From: Heptranchias perlo
Lineage: Eukaryota
Assembly: GCF_035084215.1 (NCBI RefSeq)
Contig: NC_090340.1
Location: 5,022,001-5,086,000, forward strand
Reading direction: 5' to 3'
DNA: 64,000 bases
Part shown: positions 39,454-50,370 of the stretch, in pieces
Position numbering within the stretch: the stretch's first letter is position 1
How the letters are laid out: every line of letters starts with the position of its first letter
Notes under the pieces: generated by a model
Told to the model about the DNA's origin: nothing
The model's database searches: none
What the model saw: the letters and a program-made list of their open reading frames with translations, nothing else
Translations under genes and position numbers: made by a program

Positions 39454-40589
39454 TTTAAAATAACATCTCCAATAAGACAGCGTCTAACCACCTCCTCACG
39501 ACATTCAACATCATTACCATCGCTGAATCCCCCACCACCAACATCCTTGGGGTTACCATTGACAAGAAACTTAACTGGACCAGGCACATAAATATAGTGG
39601 CTAGAAGAGCAGATCAGAGGCTGGGTATTCTGTGGCGAGTGACTCACCTCCTTACTCCCGAAAGCCTTTCCACCATCGACAAGGCACAAGTCAGGAGTGT
39701 GATGGAATACTCACCATTTGCCTGGATGAGTGCAGCTCCAACAATACTCAAGAAGCTCAACACCATCCAGGACAAACCTTAATTGACACCCCATCAACCA
39801 CCCTAAACATTCACTCCCTTCACCAACGGTGCACAGTGGCTGCAGTGTGTCCCATCTACAAGATGCCCTGCAGCAACTCGCCAAGGCTTCTTCGACAGCA
39901 CCTCCCAAACCCGCGACCTCTAGCATCTAGAAGAACAAGGGCAGCAGGCACATGGGAATAACACCACTTGCACGTTCCCTTCCAAGTCACACACCATCCT
40001 GACTTGGAAATATATTGCCGTTCCTTCATCGTCGCTGGGTCAAAACCCTGGAACTCCCTCCCTAACAGCACTGTGGGAGAACCTTCACCACACGGACTGC
40101 AGCGTTTCAAGAAGGCGGCTCACCACCACCTTCTGAAGGGCAATTATCGATGGGCATTAAATGCTGGCCTTGCCAGCGACGCCCACATCGCATGAATGAA
40201 TAAAATAAATATATTTCAACCCATCGTTGTCCTTTCCCTCTGAACCTCTCTTTGTCGAGCACCCTCCTCACGAAGCCTCTTTGCCTCTATTGATCTCTTG
40301 CTCTCTTTTTCCAGCCGTCCAATAGTCCCCTGGCAGGAAGTAAATTCCTTGCAGGATCTAGTTATTCCGAGGACTCTGCTCGAGACCAACCACCATGTTC
40401 CTGTACTCTTTCAAGTTGCCTCTAATCTTCTTGAGCACTGTCAGTGGGTCAGAAAAATCAGTCTGCCGTTTTGCAGATCCTTCCATCTGTTCATCGTTGG
40501 ATTGGTTCCTTTGACCTTCAGTCATCTCTCACTTCTATTGAAGAGTTAAAACCGAATCAACCTGGGTTTCACAGATGATTGGAGGCTCT

Positions 40590-41165
40590 GGTTTTGAGAG
40601 GTCAGCACCGCAACCTTGGTGTCCAACTCTTGCACCTTCTGTGCCAGCTTGTTCCTCTATTGCTCTTCGAGGCCCATCTGATTACTTTCCAAAGACTTCA
40701 TCTGTTTAGTGAGCATTTCGAGTTCAGCTTCCTTCTCAACTTTCAATGTATCATACTGCCTACCCACAGAAGCCTTCTCATTGCACATCGGTTCCGTCTT
40801 TTCCTTCAGAGTGGACACTTGCTGCAACTTGCTCTCTCTTTCGGCTTCCAGTTCTCTCTCAAAACTTAGCATTGCATCCTCTTTAGCCCTCAGGGCTCCC
40901 TCGTTGGTCTCCCTATTCCAGCGTAGATCGACGGCAACTTGCTAGGCCGCCCGCTGTTTACTTTGCGAGTCTTCCACCAGCACATGCCTCAGTTTCTTTT
41001 TTTCCCTCCAGATCCACGTTCAATGCGTTGACCTGTCCAGCCAGCCTTTCCTCCTCAATCTACGCAGCTTGCTCGAGCAGCTCCTTCTGATCAACCGTCT
41101 CGTTGACTGACTGCTGGAGGCTGGCGATGGTTGTGGTTAGCTGGCTTTTCTCTTCCTTGTGAAGT
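40590..41165 (-). pseudogene. NUMA1: NUMA1-like coiled-coil fragment within the LTR element
   Basis: HKEEKSQLTTTIASLQQSVNETVDQKELLEQAA*IEEERLAGQVNALNVDL resembles NuMA EEEKQQLSSLITDLQSSISNLSQAKEELEQASQAHGARLTAQVASL; LKVEKEAELEML and KLAQKVQEL also match (from memory). Confidence 0.65.
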
Positions 41166-41635
41166 GCTTTCATGGCCTGCAGGTTGACCTCCAGGCAGAG
41201 CTCAGTATCTTCGATGCCCTGCCGCTTGTTGGCCCGCTCCTCCAACTGGTCCTCATCTCTGCCACGTGCTGCTCCAGCGGTCTCTTCACCTTCTCCAGCT
41301 CGCGCACGCTCTTGCCCACAAGCTCCATGGCACTCATCACGTCCTCCCTCTTGGTCCGATGCTGCTTGTTGAGGCTGTCGAGCTCCTCATGTAGCTCGCA
41401 GACGTGACTTACCAGCACCCATCTCTTTTCACTATTCGCCAACTGAGCCTACAGGGACACCACCTGCTGCTTCTCTTTCAGCCTCTTCCCCTTCTCCTCC
41501 TGGAACAGTGACTGGGTTTCGTTTAGATAGGACTCCAGACTCGACACTACCTTGGCCAGTTTGATGGCTTTGGACTCGGTCCTCCCCAGAGCTCCGGTGG
41601 CCTGTTCCAGCTCAGCCTCCAATTTGAGGACCTGA
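41165..41635 (-). pseudogene. MYH9: Non-muscle myosin II (MYH9-like) tail fragments, intron-less
   Basis: ESKAIKLAKVVSSLESYLNETQSLFQEE and [46 protein letters not shown](fs)LEE...[17 protein letters not shown] match MYH9/10/11 rod segments. Confidence 0.85.
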
Positions 41636-41659
41636 TGCATGCCATTTTCTCCCTGACTT

Positions 41660-42340
41660 ACCACATAAGCACATGTCACTGATCTCCCCCTCATCCTGGA
41701 AAAAAGCCTTCTACAGGACTTTTCTAGTAAGAATGGACTTCCTATAACTTCCTCGGAGACACTTTCTGGACTTCTCCATCTCCTCAGAATGGGCGTAGGT
41801 TTGCTGAAAATTTCCGGTATGCTCCACCAGCAGCTCACTCCAATAGGCTTCCGCTACAGTACCCTCTGTGAATGTGTAATTTTACTTACCCTCAACGTAA
41901 TGTTGGCCACCATCATTTCTTTACAAAGTTCCCAGAACAGAAAGTGTTTGGCAAAAGAATTAAAGGTGACATGAGGAAAAACTTTTTTACACAGCATGTG
42001 GTTAGGATCTGGAATGCACTGCCCGACGTGGTGATAGAGGCAGATTCAATCATGGCCTTCAAGAGGGAACTGGATAAGTACTTGAGAGAAAAAAAATGCA
42101 GGGCGACGGGGATAGGGCGGGGGAGTGGGACTTGCTGGATTGCTCTTGCATCGAGCCGGCGCGGACACGATGGGCCCAACGGCCTCATTCCGTGCTGTAA
42201 CCTTTCTATTATACTATGATTCTAACTCGTCCCCATCATGATCCTCGTTTAGGACATCGACTTCCTTCTCCACAATATCTTGCTTATCGTACACAGCGCG
42301 TTGCTTCCTGTCGCTCAGCAACGCCTGTCCTTTACCAGGA
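41660..42340 (-). pseudogene. DNAJC9: DNAJC9-like fragment (end of J-domain and following region), split by a CR1 insertion
   Basis: GKGQALLSDRKQRAVYDKQDIVEKEVDVLNEDHDGDE|FWELCKEMMVANI versus [44 protein letters not shown]; also EAYW..NFQQTYAHSEE in a shifted frame. Confidence 0.75.
41939..42223 (+). mobile_element. CR1 3' end inserted in the DNAJC9-like segment
   Basis: MRKNFFTQHVVRIWNALP and tail; short AAC duplication at the junctions. Confidence 0.85.
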
Positions 42341-42456
42341 CTCTTGCTGGGCGTCACGGATCAGGAACCAATTGGTCCTCTCTTGAGCGCACAACAATTC
42401 TTCGAGTGTTTCCTCCATACTGGGTTGGTATTTTTCTTTTCTCTCTTAGAGACACG

Positions 42457-42474
42457 TTCCCACTTCTGACAACA
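42457..42474 (-). other. Primer binding site, tRNA-Leu
   Basis: The + strand reads CCCACTTCTGACAACA, matching the tRNA-Leu 3' end CCCACTTCTGACACCA with 1 mismatch, 2 nt from the LTR end. Confidence 0.85.
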
Positions 42475-42476
42475 TA

Positions 42477-43080
42477 TGTCACAGAGTCCTATCATTTTGT
42501 AACCTTCTTCAGATGACAAACGATAGACCTTTACTAATTCGTAATACAAAACAATTGCCTTTTGATTCATTCCACACACAGTCACACTACGGTAACGTTG
42601 GCAACGCCCAGTACACTTTCCCACTCCACCGTACTCTTGGCAACGTCCAGTACACTTTCCCATTCCATGGTGCCTTTGGTAACGCCTAATACACTTTCCC
42701 AGTCCATGGTACCTTCAGCAATGCATTTTACACTTTCCCAGCCACAGGCTCTTTCAGTTGTCCGCAGCAGCGTTGCAACTACTTTCAACGGCCTTTCTGT
42801 TCATCAGCTTCTATCCAGGTCTCAGGGCCCAGGCCAGCCCCAGCTACGTTCGGGCTTCCTCTTCAGGGGCTCTGTTTAGGGGTGGCCCCTCTACTTCTGC
42901 CTCTCGATCTCTCCCTTTTACTCTCAACTGACTGTGGAACGTCTCCACCCACCCGAGTATTAATTGCTTCTTAAAGGTGAGGTCTCTTAAAAGGACCATA
43001 CCCCTCCTCTTAAAGGAGAGGTCTCCTTAAAAGGGCCATACCCTTATTCGGGGATCAGGGCCCTCAGTTACACTGCTACC
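42477..43080 (-). repeat. 5' LTR of the gene-capture element
   Basis: Colinear with 29637-30326; contains about 5 copies of a ~34-bp internal repeat. Confidence 0.88.
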
Positions 43081-43404
43081 CGCTGTATCGATTGAACAAA
43101 AATGTCAATGTCCCGGTCACTCCCCATAGCTTTAATCAATCCCAAAAGAATCTCACTGCCATATTCTGCCCCCATCGCCCTGTTTCAATCCCAAACTAAT
43201 CCCATTACCCCGCTGTTTCGCAAAGCCCTGTATCAATCGTAAACTTATCCCAGGTCCCGCTGTTTCCCCAGAGCCCTGTATCAACAGCTTGCATTTATAT
43301 TGCACTTTTAACGTAAGAAATCCGAAGGCGCTTCACACTAGCTTTATCAGACAAAATTGGACACCGAGCCAAATGAAGAGATATTAGGACAGGTGACTAA
43401 AAGC

Positions 43405-43715
43405 GCTGGGAATGTGTGATGGGACAGCATAGCGGAAGCTTTACTCTGTAGCTAACACATGCTGTACATGTCCTGCGAGTGTTTAGTGGGACACTGCAGA
43501 TGGAGCTTTACTTTGAATCTAACCTTTGCTGTATCTTCCCTGGGAGTGTTTGATGAGACGGTGTAGATGGAGGTTTACACTGTATCTACACTGTGCTGTA
43601 GTTATCCTGAATGTGTTTAATCGGACTGTGTAGATGGAGATTTTTTCTGTATCTAACTCGTGTTGTACGTGACGTGGGAGTATTTGATGGGATAGTGTAG
43701 AGGGAGCATTACATA
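43405..43715 (+). repeat. ~65-bp satellite (GGGACAGTGTAGAGGGAGCTTTACTCTGTATCTAACC...); also at 46325-46565
   Basis: 4-5 diverged tandem copies at each site. Confidence 0.85.
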
Positions 43716-43914
43716 GAATGTACAGCACAGAAACAGGTCGTTTGGCCTAACTGGTATCTACTGGTGTTTATGCTCCACACGAGCCTCTCCCACCCTTCTT
43801 CATATAACCCTTTCCTCATAGGCATCTATTCCTTTCTCGCTCATGTGTTTATCTAGCTTACCTTGAAATGCATCTATGATTTTTCAATAGATATGGGTGG
43901 GGAGGATACACGGA

Positions 43915-44810
43915 AGTGATCAGTGATGGCATTTTCCGTAATCAGTGATGTCATTTTCCGTGATCTGTGTTTCACACAATGGGAGTAGAGAGGCCATGTG
44001 CGATGGCAAGGTGGGAGGGGTAGCGGTGAATATGGTTCGGGAGAGGTTAAGGGAGGATAAGGGGTCAGTGAACTCAGACGAGAGAGAGCATGATGAGTTG
44101 AGATGGAGGTTGAAATCATCGAGGATGAGAACTCGCTCGGTGCAGAGGCTGAGGGAGGAAAGCAATGAAGATATCTCGGTGAGAAACTTGACGTGGTACT
44201 TGGGTGGGCAGTAGAGAACGAGGATTTTAAAGGAGAGGTGAGAAGGGTGAAACAAGGTGAGATGCTCAAAAGAAGAGAAGGTGCCACAGTAGTAGTGGGA
44301 CAGAGCAAAGTGTGATTTGGTGATAAGGGCCACACCAGCATCCCGGCGGCCTAGGCGCGGCAAATGGTGGAAGATTTAGCCAAGTGGGGATGCTTCATTA
44401 GGGGGTAAGGTATAATCACCGGTCAGTCAAGTTTCCGTCAAGGACATGATGTCAATGCAATCAATCATCTACAATATGCTCATGGATGACAAGTGCCTTC
44501 TTCACAAGTGAACTGACATTCTGGAGGGAGATGCGAAGAAGGGCAGTAATAGATGATAGGATGGCAGAGTCCAAAGATTCAGCAGTTGGACGGGTGAGTG
44601 GGAAGGAGATAGGCAAAATTAACACCCGTGCTGGGAGGGACAGTTGGTGAGAGAAGACGTGGAATAAGTTGGGGTTGCTGCTCATAAGGAGGCAGTGACG
44701 AGTGCCTCGATGGGCCCTTCGGAGGATACCAAGCGAGGCACAGAGCGAAGCTGTAGGCTTATTTAAGAGGTAGTCAGGAAGGTCGAGGAGTGGTGAAGGG
44801 TTGGGGTAGG
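43915..44810 (-). mobile_element. L2 LINE 5' region and endonuclease fragment
   Basis: SFEHL, VLYCPPK, LILDDFNLH, DHF motifs. Confidence 0.8.
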
Positions 44811-46865
44811 GATTTGTGGGGGGGGGGGGGGGGTGCAGTGTACCCGAGAGGCGATAAATGAAAGAAGGCATGACCATAGGAAGGAGGGGTCTTGGAAAGT
44901 TAAAGAAAAAAGAAGAAAAAAGGGGAAATAGAAATGATGAGCTCGGGTCCCGAGCTGCATCCAAAACGATCACCCAAATGGAAACAGGGAAAATCAAGAT
45001 ACTTAGGCATGGTTATATAATAAGATTGGGATATATATGCCCTGGTAATCAACAGGGAATAGAGAAGAGAGAATAGGAAGGAGTCCAAGGCTAAAGTCAG
45101 ACGTCCCGTGGTGGGATAAAGTTGACGTTGATAGGTTGGAGTCAGCTTGGAGCATCGACGAACAGACGGAGATTCATCAAAGCACGACATAAAGTTGGTA
45201 TAAACACAACGGAAACATTACAATTAACGATAAATAAACAGTAGAAAGATCAGCATCTGAAAAAGAAAGCTAAGCTGAACTCTTGGATGGAACACCCCAT
45301 GGGGCCATTGATGTCCGATCCTATTGTGTTGTTCTACCATTTCCTAGTCTAATTTGAGACTGTCAGAACTGTCGGATTTTCCTTTATTTTCCCTATATAT
45401 TTAACACGGGTGGATATAGCTCGCAAGGTCCAGTAAAATGTTACATACAAAATCAGCATAATTTCGCTATTTGTTCCTTGAAATGATCCACGTTTTTTTT
45501 TTCCTTTTTGATTGGCTTACGCTTTTCGTTCTCTTTAGGTTTCCGTCTTCGGTTATAACCCACATCGACAGCAATCTATTTTGAACCGTCCCTTCCATAA
45601 TCTGTAAAATCAAAGCGTGCTTCTGACCTGGATTATTCAGCAGAGTGATGCATGGAACAGAGCGCGCTCCGCTGTAACGAAATTAAAGATTCAACAAATA
45701 TGTTATTTAAATTATGAATATATCAATATCGGTATATCATTATTGAAATTGCACAATCATATTCTGCACAATGATTGCTGACTGTTCGGAGCGTCACGGT
45801 GATGTGTGATAAAATGCCATTACAATCCTTTGAACTCAAATCATTCCTAGACACTGAAAAACAGTATAATTTTTATCTACACGGAGTGAGCAATTGTCTT
45901 GTGCCCACAATGTGTGCCTCAGGCACGGGTTGAATGACACACAAATAGGTGTTTTATGGATACTGAGATCATGAGAACTAGATAGCGCAGTGAACTCGTG
46001 CGTTGGACCTGGAGTTTGAGTGTAGCCTGTTCTGATGGATGACTCTCCATTTCTTGGCTCGTCTAGATCTAACTTGTCGTGCTGTGTTTTACAGCATCAA
46101 ATGTACAGTGGATTAAAAATCGTTATCGAAAAAATAGTAATCTAACTCAGAGAAGCCAGTGATGGGTCGGCCTGAGAGTGGGGATAATACGCACGGTCCA
46201 GTTGTCGTGTTTTTCATCAGTTGGAGCTTCAGGCATTTTCTTGAAGCAGAGTAACGGTTAATCAGTCTGTATGTAACTCTACTACACTAGACCTCAGGGT
46301 GTTAAATAAGGCAGGGTCGAGAAAGATCTACCCTGTATCTAACCAGTTCTGTATCTGTCCTGGGAGTGTTTGGCGGGACAATGTAGAGGAAGATTTACTC
46401 TGTATCCAATCCGTGCTGTAGCTGCACTGGGAGTGTTTGATGGGACAGTGTAGAGGAATATTTACTCGGTATATAAAACGTGATGTACCTGCTCTGGGAA
46501 TATTTGATGGAAAAGCGTAGACAGAGATACGTTAGCATCCATCCTTGCTGTACTCGATTGGGAACGTTTAAAGCCGGTACTGGGAATGATGAGAATTTGT
46601 TGATTTTGCTCAGTGGCCCCTCGTGCACATGAACATAAACATTTACCAACAAACGGAATGTACAAAATACGGGGTAATCGTGTAAGGCACAAATTTCAAA
46701 TATGCTGAGTTTTGGATCACATACTTCATACACTTCAAGCATTTTCGAAAATGTACGAGAGAAACGCACCCGTTCTTCGAAGTGTTGAGATCCCTCTTGG
46801 TCTCTGCCTGCGCCTAGTGAAATACAACATTTATCTTTGACCATAAATCAGGAAGTGAACCACCG

Positions 46866-48010
46866 GGGGTAATATTCTGGCATGGGTGGAGGATTGGTTA
46901 TCTAACAGGAAGCAGAGAGTTGGGATAAATGGTACATTCTCGGACTGGCAACCTGCAGCCAGTGGTGTTCCGCAGGGGTCGGTGCTGGGTCCCCAACTCT
47001 TTACAATCTATATTAACGATTTGGAGGAGGGGAACGAGTGTAGCATATCAAAGTTTGCAGATGATATAAAGATGGGAGGGAAAGTAGAGAGTGAGGAGGA
47101 CATAAAAAACCTACAAGGAGATATAGACAGGCTGGGTGAGTGGGCGGAGATTTGGCAGATGCAATATAATATTGGAAAATGTGAGGTTATGCACTTTGGC
47201 AGGAAAAATCGGAGAGCAAGTTATTATCTTAATGGCGAGCAACTGGAAAGTACTGTAGTACAAAGGGATCTGGGGGTCCTAGTGCAAGAAAATCAAAAAG
47301 TTAGTTTGCAGGTGCAGCAGGTGATCAAGAAGGCCAACGGAATGTTGGCTTTTATTGCTCGGGGGATAGAATATAAAAACAGGGAAGTATTGCTGCAGTT
47401 ATATAAGGTATTGGTGAGTCCGCACCTGGAATACTGCATACAGTTTTGGTGTCCATACTTAAGAAAAGACATACTTGCTCTCGAGGCATTACAAAGAAAG
47501 TTCACTCGTTTAATCCCGTGGATGAGGGGGTGGACATATGAGGAGAGGTTGAGTAGATTGGGACTCTACTCATTGGAGTTCAGAAGAATGAGAGGCGATC
47601 TTATTGAAACATATAAGATTGTGAAGGGTCTTGATCGGGTGGATGCGGTAAGGATGCTCCCAAGGATGGGTGAAACTAGAACTAGGGGGCATAATCTTAG
47701 AATAAGGGGCTGCTCTTTCAAAACTGAGATGAGGAGAAACTTCTTCACTCAGAGGGTAGTAGGTCTGTGGAATTTGCTGCCTCTGGAAGCTGTGGAAGCT
47801 ACATCATTAAATAAATTTAAAACAGAAATAGACAGTTTCCTAGAAGTAAGGGGAATTAGGGGTTACGGGGAGCGGGCAGGAAATTGGACATGAATTTAGA
47901 TTTGAGGTTCGGATCAGATCAGCCATGATCTTATTGAATGGCGGAGCAGGCTCGAGGGGCCGATTGGCCGACTCCTGCTCCTATTTCTTATGTTCTTATG
48001 TTCTTATGAG
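46866..48010 (+). mobile_element. Young 5'-truncated CR1 LINE (same subfamily as 21850-24910)
   Basis: Intact 335-aa RT C-terminal ORF nearly identical to 22050-23060; (TTCTTATG)n tail. Confidence 0.95.
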
Positions 48011-48404
48011 AGCAAGGAAATCCAAATTAGCCTCTGTTAATAACCCCTCAAGGATCACAGCTCATGAAAAGTTTAGAAAATTTAATCGCAACTCCACCTT
48101 TCGGTGAACAATCTTGCGTTAAAGTTCCGGCAATGCATTTGGCCCATAACACAGGGAATTACTGATTTGAATCTATGAAAAATGCAAATATCGGTTCTCC
48201 TTAATCAATTATTTTAAGTTCACTTGAATGACTCTTGGGCGAATCTTTTATTTCAGATCGTGCAACCAATTACAACTGTTCAACACATCCACATAATTCC
48301 TTTCCTTTAGCAGCTTTAAAGCGCCTTCCTCTGCCCGGCGTCATGTTGTTCCCTTTCTATTATCACAAATGTATCACAATGAAACTACGTAGCCGGCTCC
48401 TTAA

Positions 48405-48517
48405 ATTTACAGTTACTGAGTTGGCAACACTTCCCAATGCGGCGACGAGGGCTGGAAGTATCAATGCACCCCCTGTACATCCAGAAATCAGTAGGTAAAG
48501 AGCGATGTGTTCATTGC
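48405..48517 (-). pseudogene. Transmembrane pseudo-exon of the IgSF receptor
   Basis: Acceptor aatgtAG; GNEHIALYLLISGCTGGALILPALVA(fs)IGKCCQLSNCK; donor damaged. Confidence 0.6.
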
Positions 48518-50352
48518 CTACATTCATAATAATAATGTTCGTTGTATGATTTATATATTCAATGCCTGCAAAGCTGAGCATGAGGACTGAATCTGTTAAC
48601 TTGGGCAAGCCGATTTACTTCTTTTTATAAAATAGAGTTTTATTGATTCTTGTTTCCCCTTCAGCTGAAGCCGGCACGTAAATTTTCTGCATTACAAGTG
48701 CAAAATATAATGTTTGGATATTCATTGATACGACAATGATGAACTTTGAAGCTAAGAAGACTATGGCGCAAATTGCAGCTGCATTATTTATTCTCGGGTG
48801 ATGTCTCACGTAGAGCGTCAGCTGATAATGGAACCGACCTGTATCAGCAGATTTTCAATAAAGGAAAATATATAAGTACATGTGAAAAGCCATCCAAGTA
48901 TTTGCTCCCTTTATTAAATGACGAGCAAATGAATCTGATAAAGATTAGTTTAATTCAGTTTATAATTATAATCTTTATGGATTACACTCTATAGAGTTCT
49001 GTTGAGACGACAACTGGAGAACAGTATACAGTTTTGGTCTCCTTACCTAAGGAATGATATGCTTGCCTTAGGGGATGCAACGAATGTTCACTAGTTTGAT
49101 TCCTGGGATGTGTAAGGACATTGGACATTGGGTCAGACCACATTTTCTGCTTCTGAACTACTGGACGATTCAACGTAAAGGGTTAAATAGTCCCTTTCAA
49201 GATTTGCATATTCACCTGGACAGTACATTTATAGCACATGTGGAAGCAAGGGCTAACTCGCCCCTTGATATTACCTTTGGACATTTGGACATCATAAATT
49301 CACAAATGCAAAGGCAGTAAAGTGCAGTCAGTTTAAACCGAACATTTGGACATCAGTTTAAGACTGTAAAAGCAGCAGAGTACAGAAACATCCATAAGCT
49401 GCAGTTTTCAATAACAACCGATAAGCACGAAAGACACAAGCTTTTATCGCCTTCCATACGCATGGAGTCTTCGAGAGAGTTTGAAATGGTCTCTGGTTCT
49501 CACCATTAATGCATTGGATAAACAACTGATAAGACAACAACTGTAGAGAAGCTTCGAAATGGTTCTACTGCCGTTGGTTTTCAGGACATGCTCAAAAACG
49601 ACATCGTTCTCAAAACAAAGGAGATCGTGAATGCACCTGGATTCACACGGAGAAGAAGATACAGTGGATTCACACTGTTGTTGAGTGGTGCAACTAACCA
49701 TCCGTCATTATTGCAACGATGGGTGAGTGGAAAAACCTGCCTTCTCATAACTTGGAGCACACCCTATTAGTCAAAAAAATACAAAGATAGAACATCATAG
49801 AAACTTCAACAGTCAACACTTGCTGGAGCAACAGTTGAATAATTACTGCGGTATGAGCTCCACCAAAAACGAGCACTTCGATACTTTGCTTCTGAACTTT
49901 GACAAACAGACTATACTTTTGAACTTTAATAAAAAGATTTTGCTTCTGAACTTTGAAAAAAATACTTCATTTCTGAAGATCGACAACAAGGCAAACTTTG
50001 ATGAGAAGACACAGAACCTTGACACATCATTCAACACAAGACTCGACACATCACTCCTCACATCCCTCAACAACGCACCTGTTACCGCAGAGATCGACAC
50101 CCTACTTCTAGATGGCTGTCTTGATGTTGTATGGAGGTTTCATGTGTTATTTTCTTTCTTTGCTTTATGCCTACTTGTAGAAATCAGGTAAAGTAATCCA
50201 AGTATTGATTGAGTTGCTTCATGTGTATGTAATCCTTTAAATCATTACATAATCACTTTGATTAAAGAAACTATCGCGTATGGGTGTCTTTCTTTGTCTG
50301 AACTATTGTCCAGGTCCACAAATCTCTAAGAAGACCCAGATTTCCCTACAAA

Positions 50353-50370
50353 TGGCGCCCGAACAGGGAT
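50353..50370 (+). other. Primer binding site, tRNA-Lys(UUU)
   Basis: TGGCGCCCGAACAGGGAT, 2 nt after the LTR end. Confidence 0.92.

Larger units (their letters stand above)
37372..39463 (+). mobile_element. Penelope-like element, 5'-truncated and inverted, with 12-bp TSD
   Basis: TSD CATCTCCAATAA on both sides; RT + GIY-YIG ORF; pLTR containing a hammerhead. Confidence 0.95.
34940..40210 (+). mobile_element. Near full-length decayed LINE family A (5' UTR, EN, RT, tail), interrupted by Penelope
   Basis: GDFNI, DLVLTN, PELAAPLAKLFQ, MFADDCT, YSPFAW; tail at ~40200. Confidence 0.9.
29637..43080 (-). mobile_element. Non-autonomous Ty3/Gypsy-type (Gmr1-like PBS) LTR retroelement carrying captured host mRNA fragments, with nested LINE, Penelope and Tx1 insertions
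   Basis: Direct repeats at 29637-30326 and 42477-43080 (TGTAGCA...GTGACA on minus); tRNA-Leu PBS; PPT; degenerate 4-bp TSD CTCT/CGCT; no pol motifs inside. Confidence 0.85.

Noticed and set aside
40200-41840. A functional host myosin or NuMA gene
   Set aside because: No introns or motor domain, discontinuous segments, stops and frameshifts, and it lies between LTRs.
50353-50370. tRNA gene fragments (also 42457-42474)
   Set aside because: They are only ~18-nt 3'-end complements adjacent to LTR ends, i.e. primer binding sites.
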